From: Selaginella moellendorffii
Lineage: Eukaryota > Plantae > Lycopodiophyta
Assembly (NCBI RefSeq): GCF_000143415.4
Contig: NW_003314357.1
Coordinates: 257,811 to 321,810, forward strand
DNA: 64,000 nt
Direction of reading: 5' to 3'
The notes under the pieces: generated by a model
What the model was told of the DNA's origin: nothing
The model's database searches: none
What the model saw: the letters and a program-made list of their open reading frames with translations, nothing else
Position numbers and translations under genes: made by a program
Shown: positions 51,000-61,500 of the stretch, piece by piece
Numbering within the stretch: the stretch's first letter is position 1
How the letters are laid out: every line of letters starts with the position of its first letter

Positions 51000-53647
51000 C
51001 TAGTAGCGCTCGTTGTCCGAGAGATCGTCGTTGATGCTTGCGTCGAAACCATCGTAGTGTTCTTCGTCCCCGCCACAGCCCAATCCCAGCCCCATTGGAA
51101 CGACGCCGCCACTGCCATTTCTTTCGAAGCTCCCGGAGTCTTGGAACTCTCTGGGAGTCGTGAGGTACGTAGCCGAGCTCACGGCAGCGTCCAAGTTGTG
51201 ATCCGGATCACTGTCGTGGTAAAGTACGTCCATTTGTGACATGCTGCTGCTGATGATCGAGTCAGGTACAGAGATGATGTAAAAGCGGAGATTACCTCAG
51301 GTGTGGATCGGAATCGGCTCGACCGGGCATTGGGCCCATGTATCTATACCATCCACGCAAAGTTTTGAGATTCATGATTTGGTTCCGGTACCAGACCTGT
51401 GAAGAGAAGAAAGGTATCAGCGAGGAAAAGATATATGCACGACTTACGTTCGATTCGGGCTTTCCGATCGGAGCTAGAAAGAGTTGCCTCGGTTCACTCG
51501 CGGACGCTTTTGGAGGCGCGTGGAAGAAGTACTTGTCCAGACATAGCACGACGTCACTCTCGGAGCACGACACAGGCTCTCTAAACGAGGATTTTCGCTT
51601 GTGATTTGCAGCTCTTTTCTCATCGTATCTGAAAGCAAACATTTTCAAGCCATTATAACCAGAAAGATGAAAGAATAAAACGAGCGAGAACTTACTCCCA
51701 GGTCGCAGTGCCGTCCCCGTTCCCAAATCGTTTGAACTCTACGTCCGTCGTATAGTAGAGTTCCATATGTCCATGGACATGAAACTTGCGTATGACGTAG
51801 AAGCAAAGCCTCTTCAGCAAACCATACGGGTCCGTCACTTGGTTTGCAGGATGGCAAAGAATGTCCTCCTCCGGAGCAGGAATCCATTCGTCAGGATTCT
51901 TCCTTCGTTTCACATTTCCTCCGTGTGATTTGCTATACTTCATAGCTTCGAGACATGCAAGCCTCGCTCTTTCAAAGAGTGAGTCTCTGCTCAAGTCGAC
52001 CCCAGGACCATCATATCGTCCCTGTAGCTGTAGTTTTCTGTAGTGAGATCTGAGAATGCGGCAAAATGCCCGGAACATGGCACGCAAACTAGAAACAGAA
52101 AAACGAGATTGAGTGGGTAATCAGAAAAAAAAAAAAAAAAAAAAAACAGGAAAGATAGACCTGTACCTTTCCGAAGGAAAAAGGCTTCCGTTCCGCTTCT
52201 TTACCATGCGAAAGAACTTCGTAAGACAATCAGCAAGTTCTGGCAGAGGTAGATCCTCGAGATTAGAAGATGGCAGTCCCTGCTCTTTCCTCCATTCTAA
52301 GAAATGCCGCCTGGAAAATGACAGTAGAAAGAAAAACATTAGCATGTAAACCAAGCTGCAAGAAAATCTTCGCATACTTCGCCCACAGATCACTACATAG
52401 GCTTCGATTCTTCTCTTCTCGATCAGCGTCGGCATTAATATGCGGCTGCATATCCAGGGACGGAAGTAGACCTTGATTATTTGGCATTGCCTCAAATAGT
52501 TGGTCATGAATACCATTCGCAGCAGAAGCGCTCATCTCATCACCGCCTGCATTTTCAACGTAAGCAGAAGCATAGTGCCAGAGTTGGGATACGTACCGGC
52601 ACAGTACGTTTCTTCAAGCTTCAAGTCCGGGCTGCAAGGAGCTTCTCCAAGGTAAAAGCTCCCGTCGGATGAATTACTGGGAAACTAGAAGAACAAGCTG
52701 TTTGGAGAAGGAAGACAAATACTAAATACCTTCACAGTCGAGGGTGCCGCTTGCAATACAGGTTTGGGCTGCTTCCGCGACGGGTTCAAAGGACTGACGT
52801 TTATAGCCATAGCCCTCTGTTTCGCTCTAATGCACTCCACAGTATCCAAAACTTTCAAAGTTTTGATCTGTGAGATGAAAAACATTAGCAGTTATAAGAG
52901 CGAGCTTGCTCCGTGTACCTTCCCTTCCGCTAGAGCAGCTTCCAAATGGAACACTCGGCTCTGGGCTGCGAGAAGAAGCTTCAAATCAAAAAGGCTACAT
53001 CAGCGATGAACTAAGGCATGACAAACAAGAAGCAACACGCCGTCTCTAAGAACCAACCTGCTGAAAGGGTCTCGAAAAACTCCCAAATCAGTGTGCTCAT
53101 GTTGTCGCTGGCACATCTCCCTTCTGAAAGCTCCAGCTCCAGCGAGATTTCTCTCAAGGAGATCCTGGTTTTCAGTCGTCCCGATGCAGCAGCACCTGGG
53201 ATGGGAGCATTTGAAAAGTGAGGGAAGTGTTCGAGAAGAACACCAGAAAAACTAAGCAAGCATAAAGAAGAAACTCACGACTAGGTGCTGCCGCGCTGAG
53301 CTCAAACTTCACTTGGTTGGATGAAAAGCCATCGTGTAGATTTTGCATATAGACAGGGAAGCTATCGCGTATTCCCAGCTCATTTCTCTGCAGTAGAACC
53401 ACTCAAGCTATAGCCAGAAATCGTTGAGCACAGACACAATGCTCACCAGATTTTCGAGGTAGTCGTAGTCGAAGCTCGCGCGCCAGGTGTTGGAATGGAA
53501 GTCGGACACCACGACGTGCAAATCCTCGTAGCGGGAAGGATTGATGGAGAACAAGAATGCGGTGCTGCTGCAATGCGCGGCAAGCAAGGGATCGATCTGG
53601 CCCTGCGCTCGATTGCAGATCGGCTTGAAGCTGGACAGCGCCTCCAT
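51000..53647 (-). CDS. PAXX/XLF-like head and coiled coil fused to a Crypton-derived DUF3504/ZMYM-QRICH1-like domain, 12 exons, ~652 aa
   Basis: In-phase GT-AG model: 53647-53447, 53387-53279, 53195-53058, 52965-52919, 52867-52730, 52684-52597, 52546-52378, 52310-52167, 52088-51696, 51628-51448, 51396-51296, 51249-51000 (1959 nt, no internal stop). Domain calls are from recalled motif patterns. Confidence 0.75.
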
Positions 53648-53944
53648 CGATCGCTCGTCGGCACCGCTGCTCACCTCTAGCTCAGGGGCGCCATCGCTCG
53701 CCCTAATAACCAGGAAGAGAAAGGAAGGAGTATCGAACCACCGACCTGGCCTGCTCAAAAGAATGTAGCTAGCCTAGGTCAGCTCAAAAGACGCGATCCT
53801 TCATAAGTTCTTTCTTGCCGCCTAAGGCGTCGCCGGGGATAGCGATGATCGCCTCTGCGAGCTCGAGAAGTAGTGAGGGTTTTCGATCATCTTGCGCGGA
53901 TCCAAGACTTTGAGCTGCAGGGGAGCCGCGGCTGCCACAGCAGG

Positions 53945-54619
53945 ATGGAGAGATGCGATCTTCTTGAGCGCTTGGACGAGCAAGAACCGGGAGGAGATGG
54001 GCGGGGGAGGCGCTGCTGCTCCAAATTTCGGTCCGTGATGGCGTGCTTTTCAATCTTTCCTCACGAAATATTTCGCGCAGGTGCCAAGCTCGATCGAGGA
54101 ACCCTGCCGCCATCGCAGAATCTGTGCCCCGACGGATCGGTGGGATGCCAGGAGCCAGCTCCAACGATGGTGATCGTCATCGCCGGCCTGTGCGTCATGC
54201 TCTTCCTCATCGCGATCGCGTTGCTGCTGCTCTTCTACTCGTATTACAAGTACCGGAGGCCGGCCAGGGTGGGATTGGACGTGGAATCGGCCGCAGCTCT
54301 TGCGGCTATGGATGCCGCCGCCGGAGAGGACGAGGGTAGCGAGAACTACGATGGAGCTTTCTTGGTGTTGATGCCTGGCGACGAGGAGCCGCATTTCTTT
54401 GCAAGACCGAGTCCATTGCCGGGGGATTTGGAGGATCCGGAGGGTGTTACTGGCGAAATTTTGGCTGGAATTCTCGACGCCGTGCTGGATCGAGAGGCAG
54501 AGATCGCTGGCAATGCTGATGGTTCCAGTGGCGGTGATGGCAGCGTGGATCAGGGTGAGAATGGGAAGGATTTGAGAGGCGGAGGCGAGGAAGACGATCC
54601 CTCGAGGAGGCACCGATAG
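53945..54619 (+). CDS. GLUTAMINE DUMPER (GDU)-like single-pass membrane protein
   Basis: TM segment IAGLCVMLFLIAIALLLLFYSYYK (~GGLAAMLGLIAFALLILACSYW) and VIMAG-like FLVLMPGDEEPHFFARP. Start uncertain. Confidence 0.7.
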   Translation: MERCDLLERLDEQEPGGDGRGRRCCSKFRSVMACFSIFPHEIFRAGAKLDRGTLPPSQNLCPDGSVGCQEPAPTMVIVIAGLCVMLFLIAIALLLLFYSYYKYRRPARVGLDVESAAALAAMDAAAGEDEGSENYDGAFLVLMPGDEEPHFFARPSPLPGDLEDPEGVTGEILAGILDAVLDREAEIAGNADGSSGGDGSVDQGENGKDLRGGGEEDDPSRRHR

Positions 54620-54712
54620 GAAGTATAGATTCTTCTCTCCATTCCTTCGAGGAAATTTTGTCTACTGATACCAGTTTTGTGAATTGAATCGCTTCGGTTT
54701 TGCGCGAGCGAT

Positions 54713-56116
54713 ATGGGATTGTCGCAGTGGAACTCACTGCTTGCTGCGAATGCCCGGAGGAAGAATCTGGATGGCGTGAAGAGCGTCTTCGATCGAATGC
54801 CACTGCGCGACGCGATCTCCTACACGATCATGCTCAATGCCTACGCTCGCAGCGCGAAAATCGAGCTAGCAGTGGAAATCTTTATGCAAATGCCACACAA
54901 AGATCTCGTCGCTTCAAATTCTCTCGTGGAAGCATTTGCCCAATTGGGGCATTTGGAAGAAGCTTTGCGAGTGTTCCACGCGATGCCACTGTGGGACGTC
55001 GTGACGTGGACAAGCCTTTTAACGGCGTGCATACGTGGCGGCCATGCAGAGGCCGCTTTTTCCGTCTTCCAACGCATGCCGGCGTGGGATCTTGTGTCCT
55101 CGACCGCGATGCTAGCAGAATATGCCGATCACGGGCGTTTGGAAGATGCGCGGGACATTTTGTTGGCGATGGAGCTGCGCGATAGGGCTTGTTTGAATGC
55201 GATGTTGGCGGGATACGCCAAGAAGGGGCGGCTGGAAGAGGCGACGTGGGTTTTCCAGGGAATGCCGGAGCTGGATCTCATCTCCTGGAATTCGATGCTG
55301 CTGGCGCTCGTCCAGGGCGGGAGCTACGCCGAGGCGCAGCAATTCTTTGATGAGGCGATGTCGCAGTGGGATCTCGTCTCCGCCACGATGATGCTCAATC
55401 TCTTCTCGCAGATGATCGGTAGTGAATCCCAGGCAGCGGCTGTGGCGGCATTGTGTGAATCTTTGCCCGTCCACGACGAAATCTCCTCCACCGCGCTTCT
55501 TTCCTTGCACGCTCAATCGGCTCGAATGGAAGAAGCCAAGGTCGTGTTTGATCTCATGCCGGATCACAGCTTAGCCGCCTGGAACGCCATCCTGGCGGCC
55601 TACTGCGGCAATAATCTCGACGAGGCTGTGGAGCGGCTGTGGAATCGGATTCCAGTCCTGGATCTGGTCTCCTGGAACACGATGCTCGGCGCCTACATCC
55701 GCGAGGGCAGGATCCACGAATCCAAGCGCCTGTTCGATGCGATGCCGGAGAAGAATCCATACTCGTGGACGCTGCTCGTCTACGGCTACGCACAGCTAGG
55801 CCTCTTGGAGCGCGCCCTGGGCGTGTTCGTGGCCATGCCGGAGAAGGATCTGGTGGCTCTCACCGCGATGATGGACTCTTACACTCGCAATGCGGCCTTC
55901 GATCGCGCAGTGGAGATCTTCAACGAGGCCAAGCTCGTGGAATCGCCGGATCGCGCTTGCTTTACCTCGGCGCTGGTAGCATGCAGCCATTGGGGCAGGG
56001 TTGGAATGGGGATGCGCGTGCTGGACTCCATGGAGAGGGACTATGGCTTGATTCCAGGCGAGCAACACTACCGATGCGTCAGTGATCTGTGGGCTCGAGC
56101 GGCTGAAAGGGTTTAG
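54713..56116 (+). CDS. PPR protein (S-motif-rich PLS class), intronless, no complete E/DYW
   Basis: 467-aa ORF of tandem PPR units ending FTSALVACSHWG..HYRCVSDLWAR. Confidence 0.8.
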   Translation: MGLSQWNSLLAANARRKNLDGVKSVFDRMPLRDAISYTIMLNAYARSAKIELAVEIFMQMPHKDLVASNSLVEAFAQLGHLEEALRVFHAMPLWDVVTWTSLLTACIRGGHAEAAFSVFQRMPAWDLVSSTAMLAEYADHGRLEDARDILLAMELRDRACLNAMLAGYAKKGRLEEATWVFQGMPELDLISWNSMLLALVQGGSYAEAQQFFDEAMSQWDLVSATMMLNLFSQMIGSESQAAAVAALCESLPVHDEISSTALLSLHAQSARMEEAKVVFDLMPDHSLAAWNAILAAYCGNNLDEAVERLWNRIPVLDLVSWNTMLGAYIREGRIHESKRLFDAMPEKNPYSWTLLVYGYAQLGLLERALGVFVAMPEKDLVALTAMMDSYTRNAAFDRAVEIFNEAKLVESPDRACFTSALVACSHWGRVGMGMRVLDSMERDYGLIPGEQHYRCVSDLWARAAERV

Positions 56117-56177
56117 CTTTGGAGGGACTCCAAAAAGTTTGGCCAAGAACAATGAGAATTTTTCGCTCATCCATCGC

Positions 56178-58277
56178 CTATGTAGATGACAACATGTTTG
56201 AGAGAAGCACGTAGAAAGCTGGATCCATGACTGGAGTGGAGACGCTAGAGCTGCTGGCCATGGAGACTTTACTTCTAATATCATTCATATTCAAAGAACT
56301 TGTACATGATCCTAGAAGTCGCTTGGATTCCTCGGCACTCGTCGTGAAAGGCATGCTGGCGATCAGATCTTGGGCTTCGACCAAGTGACCCGATCTCGCC
56401 AGAAGATCGACCATGCAGCAAAAGTGGTGCTTGCTCGGCTGGATCGCAAAGTCGCTGCTCATCGAAACGAAGCTCGCGACTCCAGCAGCCACCTCTCCCG
56501 CGTGGCTACACGCAACCAGCACCGAGACGAAGCACGACTCGTCCGGGAGCTCCACCATCTTGATCGTGTCAAAGAGAAGGACCGCCTCGTAGAACTGGCC
56601 GCTGTGAGCGTAGGCCGCGAGGAGCGTCGTCCAGGAGATGATGTCCGACTCGGGCATGGAGCCCAAGAAGTGAATCGCCCGAGACATCTCCCCGTTGATG
56701 ACATACCCGGCGAGCATCGCGTTCCAGCTGACCAAGTTCCGGACGAGCAGCGAACCAAACACTTGCTTCGAGTGCTCCAAGTGCCGGTGCTGGGCGTAAG
56801 CGACGAGCATCGCCACCGAAGCCACAACGTCGTCTCGCAGAAATCCATCCAGCAGCTGCCTGGCGTGCTCGAGGTACCCCTTGTGCGCGTACGCGACGAG
56901 CATGGCCGTCAAGCACACCGAGTCCCACTCGGGCATCTCCTCGAAGAGCCGCTTCGTCTTGTCGAGCTCCCCGTTCTCGGCATACGCGGCGAGGACGTTC
57001 GTGGAGGAGACGAGGTCGCGGCAAGGCAGGCTCCGGAAGAAGGTGGCGGCCTCGTCGGTGTGGCCGCTCCGGACATAGGCCAGCAGCATCGCGTTGGAGG
57101 AGATGGAGTCCCAGGCCAGCATCGAGTCGAAAGCTCTCTTGGTCTCGTCGAGAGAGCCGTGCTGGGAGCTCACAGTGAGGAGCGCGTTCCAGGAGACGAG
57201 GTTCCTCTCCGGCATTCGTTGGAACAGCGCCCTGGCCTTGGAGAGATCGCTGGCGTTGTGCGTGTAGGCCGAGAGGAGAGAGTTCCATGACACCATGTCG
57301 TGCTGCGGCATAGAGTCGAAGATGGCGTTGGCTCGATCGATATGCCCGGTCTGGGCATACGCTGAAAGCATCGCGTTCAAGGCTACTGTGTCGTGCTGGT
57401 GCATCGAGTGGAAGATCTTCTCAGCGCTAGCGCAGTCGCCGACTCGGGCATACACCCCGATCATGGCTGTGGAGGAGACCAAATTGTGTTCGGGCATTCG
57501 CCCGAGCAAGAGCTCCACGTCCATCGCCTGTTCTTCCTGCTGAGACTGCGATTGCCACTGGGAGCTGCTGTAAGCTCGCAGTAGTGTCGTGAAGGAGACG
57601 AGATTTCTCTGCGGCATCGCGTCCAGGAAGCGTCGAGCGTCGTTGAGCTTGCCGTGCTGCGTGAGCCCCAGGAGCATCGCGTTGTGGGAGATTAGATCCC
57701 ACTCGGGCATCGCGTCGAAGAGCCGCTGGAGAGTTTCTAGATCCCCGGCCTGTGCCAGCGCCGCCAGCATCGTGTTCCAGGAGACGAGATCCCAGCTTGG
57801 CGTCCCCGTGTCGAAGAGCTGCTTGCTCTCGCGGATGTGATCGTGCCCATGCGCCGAGAGGAGCGCATTGAAGGAGATCTGGTTCCAGCCAGGCGCCGCC
57901 GTGAAGAAGCGCCACGATTCTTCCAGATCCCCGGCCTGGCAATACGCGGCCAGCATCGCATTCCATGCCGCCATGTTCTTGGCCCAGGGAGGGATCTCCT
58001 CGTCGAAGAATGCCCTCGCCCTGGTGATCTGGCGGCTCCTGGAGTAGGCGCACAGCATGCTTACCCACGAGAATCCATCCCTGGTGCCGCTGCTCATCGA
58101 ATCAAACACCGCCCGGGCGTCGGCCGCGCTCCCACACCGCGCGTACATGTCGATGAGCTTGTTACACACGAATCCATCGCCGGCGCGGTGGTACTGATCG
58201 ACACGGGCGTGGATCTGTCTCGCCGATTCCCGATCGTTGCAGCGCTGGATGAGGAGGAGGCAATCCCCGCGATTCAT
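56178..58277 (-). CDS. PPR protein (PLS class, truncated E domain), intronless
   Basis: 699-aa ORF with NKLIDMYARCGS, about 17 repeats, FVSVLVACSHAG, HFCCMVDLLARSG and YVLLSNM. Confidence 0.9.
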   Translation of the reverse strand: MNRGDCLLLIQRCNDRESARQIHARVDQYHRAGDGFVCNKLIDMYARCGSAADARAVFDSMSSGTRDGFSWVSMLCAYSRSRQITRARAFFDEEIPPWAKNMAAWNAMLAAYCQAGDLEESWRFFTAAPGWNQISFNALLSAHGHDHIRESKQLFDTGTPSWDLVSWNTMLAALAQAGDLETLQRLFDAMPEWDLISHNAMLLGLTQHGKLNDARRFLDAMPQRNLVSFTTLLRAYSSSQWQSQSQQEEQAMDVELLLGRMPEHNLVSSTAMIGVYARVGDCASAEKIFHSMHQHDTVALNAMLSAYAQTGHIDRANAIFDSMPQHDMVSWNSLLSAYTHNASDLSKARALFQRMPERNLVSWNALLTVSSQHGSLDETKRAFDSMLAWDSISSNAMLLAYVRSGHTDEAATFFRSLPCRDLVSSTNVLAAYAENGELDKTKRLFEEMPEWDSVCLTAMLVAYAHKGYLEHARQLLDGFLRDDVVASVAMLVAYAQHRHLEHSKQVFGSLLVRNLVSWNAMLAGYVINGEMSRAIHFLGSMPESDIISWTTLLAAYAHSGQFYEAVLLFDTIKMVELPDESCFVSVLVACSHAGEVAAGVASFVSMSSDFAIQPSKHHFCCMVDLLARSGHLVEAQDLIASMPFTTSAEESKRLLGSCTSSLNMNDIRSKVSMASSSSVSTPVMDPAFYVLLSNMLSST

Positions 58278-58581
58278 CCGGGCGGGAGATTTTAGGGTTC
58301 TTCGCTACCCGGCCAGCGAATATCCTGGCCACGTGTCCGGTTGTCGTGAAGGAATATTTCACGGGAATATCCGCCCCAGGAGGGTTGATTAGAGGGAGTG
58401 GCACAAGTGCGCTTTTTTCGACCGCCGTATAGGTCTTCCACTGCGCTTAGGCTAGGTTTTGATGCCCAGGGCGCTCTAGGCGGGGCGCTGGGAGCAGCTC
58501 ATGGAGCCCTAGAAGTCGATCGATCTGGTCGCGGGGGAGCTAGAAGAAGCTGGGATTCGCGAGGGTTTGCGAGCTTCCAGG

Positions 58582-61500
58582 ATGAAGGTGAAGAGGAAGA
58601 GAGGCGCGGAGACGGTAAGCTTTTGGATTCTCGCCCGCGCTTCGGCTGCTTTGCATGCCTCTATAGTTCTTAGGGTTCTGTGTCCGGATTGAGCTGAAAT
58701 TCGATCGTTTTTCCAGCCACCGCGAATCCGTTCGTTCATCAATAACGTAGTGAGCACGCCATTGGAGAGCATACACACTGTTTTGAGCAGCTTTTACTGG
58801 GATTTTGAGAAGGTATGCTCTTCGTCATTTCCACCTGTGCTAAGTGCCATGGTTCTTTCTACCAGGGAGATTTTTTCCACTGGCTGGATTTGATCAACCA
58901 TTTTGATAGTTTCCTGGAGAAGTTTGTGACGTCGAGGAAAGACCTACAGCTTGATTTAGAGGGTAGCGATGAGAGTGACGTCCCCAAAGAGGCTGTTTTA
59001 CAAGTTCTTCGGGTCACACGGTGTTTACTAGACAACTGCGTCAACAGGTCTTTCTACAACTCCTTGGAGGTGAGTGGAAGTTTTGTTTTGTACGAGTGAG
59101 GAGGTGATAACATTGCGGTTTTGCAGCACCTGACTGTGCTGCTAGCGTCGACCGATCCAGACATTGTTCTTGATACGCTTCTAACACTCGCATCCTACGT
59201 AAAGAGGCCGGCACAGGTTGCAAGAGCTTTTCGGGTGCACAGGGATCCGGTCATGAATGGGAAGCTGTTTTCCTTGTCGCAAGGTTGGGGTGGAAAGGAG
59301 GAGGGACTCGGCCTGTTGGCTTGCACGAGTAGCAGTGGGTGCGACGCAGAGGCTTGCAGATTAGGATCTTTCCTACATTTTGAGTTCTACAAGGAAGGGG
59401 AATCCCGCGACTCGAGTGCATCGGGGCTGCAAGTTATTCACATTGAAAACCTTCATCAGTATCCAGGAAGTGATCTTCAGGTGTTGAAGGCGTTGGTGGA
59501 GCAGTACAAGGTTCCAGACAACCTGAAGTTCTCGCTGCTGACTAGAATTCGGTTTGCTCGTGCGTTCTCCATCCTTGAGACACGGAGACAGTATGTCCGC
59601 ATACGGCTCGCGGCATTCACAGCTTTGATACAGTCGAATCCCGACCACGAGGACCTTGCTGCATTCTTCGTGAACGAGCCGGAGTTTGTCAACGAGCTGG
59701 TTTCACTGCTCTATCACGAAGATGAAGTGCCTGAGGATGTCCGGATGTTGGCTCTGGGTGCCTTGGCTGGGATGTCGATGGATCGACCACGTCAGGCTGC
59801 CGTTTACAGCGTGCTTACTGCGGGTGGGAATTGTGGGATCATACCGACACTGGTGCAGAAGGCTGTAGCGTCGCTAGCAAGCACAACTCCCCACTACTCG
59901 CTGAATTTCGTAGAAGCTCTTCTTCAGCTCGTGTCCGTACTGGTCTCATCTTCTTCCGGTTGTGCGGCACTCCGAGAAGCCGGGTTGATTCCTATCCTTC
60001 TGCCGCTGTTGAAGGATACCAACAGGAGACACATACATTTGGTGATTCTGGCTGTGCACATTCTAGAGGCTTTTATGGACTATAGCAATCCAGCGAGCAC
60101 GCTCTTCAGGGACTTAGGTGGTTTGGATGATACCATCTTTAGGCTGAAGGTCGAAGTTAGTGCTTTCGAGGATGTCTCGGGTGCTAGGCAAGAAGAAGCA
60201 TCCTCGTCCAAAGGAAAGGCTCCAATCAGCGAAGACGCAGGTCCAACGCACGACATCCCATACCATCACAGGGTTCTGCTCAAGGCACTGTTACGCGCGA
60301 TATCTCTTGGCACTTATGCACCGGGTGGTAATGCAAGACTTCATGGTTCAGAGGAGAGCTCGCTGCCGTTTTGTCTGAGTACCATTTTCAAGCACGCAAA
60401 GCTGTTTGGTGGCGGGGTGTTTTCGCTTGCGGCATCGGTTATGAGCGACTTGATACACAGGGATCCAACTTGCTTTCCGTCGCTGGACAAGGCAGGACTC
60501 CCTGGTGCGTTTCTTGATGCCATCACCAGCGGCGTCCTTCCGTCATCGGAGGCTATCTGCTGCATTCCAACTAGCCTCGACGCGATTTGCCTTAACAACG
60601 CCGGACTGGAAGCTGTCAAGGACCGTGATGCTCTTCGGTGTTTTGTCAAGATATTTACGTCGAAGATGTACTTGAAAGCTCTGGCCAACGACACACCGGG
60701 ATCCTTGGCCTCCAGCCTGGACGAACTCATGCGTCACGTCCCAGCTCTGCGGGCTCTTGGTATAGACGTCTGCATCGAGATTTTGAGAACGATAGCTGCG
60801 ATGGGAGGTGCGGTAGACGTTGACACACCCGTGCCTATGGATACTGACGGTGGTGAAGAAAAGCAACCATCGGAGGACCCGGCACCCGAGACTTCAAGCT
60901 CAACCGCAGAAAGCTCGCTTTCCGAGTATATCAACAACTCGGTTCGGCTTTTAGAGACAGTGCTCCAGAATGCGGACACAAGCAAGCTGTTTATTGAGAA
61001 GGGTGGGATTGAGGCATTGCTGCAGCTCTATACTCTACCGGATTTGCCTGTCTCATTCGGAGGATCTTCTACGGCACACAACATGTCGGTTACCTTCAGG
61101 GCCTTCCCTCCTCAACACGCAGCGACGCTGACGAAGTCTGTGTGCAAAGTACTCCGGGAAGATCTTAAGGTTACTCTGGCACTTCTCGAGTCTATAGCAG
61201 GTAGCCGTATCTTTGAGTTGGAGACAGGTCTGAAGATGAAGGTTCTAAGGAGCCTGTCCGCAACGGAGTGCTTTTTATCGCTGTCTGCAGTCTTGGTGAG
61301 AAGTTCACCTGTGATGCTGGCCGAATTGAGCACAGGGGAGGCTGATATACTGCATGACATAGGACGGGTGCATCGGGAAGTTTTGTGGCAAGTCTGCCTT
61401 GCCAGCGAAGGGAAGACAGAGAGCAAGAAGGAAGTGGATGAAGCTTCGGCCAGTGCAGCAAGCTCCTCTTCTGCGAGGGAAAACGAAGAAGACCTGGAAA

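Noticed and set aside
52995-53012. Apparent in-frame TGA that would truncate the PAXX-like gene
   Set aside because: It arises only with the upstream acceptor. The pyrimidine-rich acceptor at 52967-52966 keeps the frame open (..ETLSAAQSRVFHL..). cDNA is still needed to confirm.
56370-58295. Long antisense or alternate-frame ORFs over PPR, GST, Fic and UPL1 genes
   Set aside because: Shadow ORFs of GC-rich coding sequence with no recognisable motifs.
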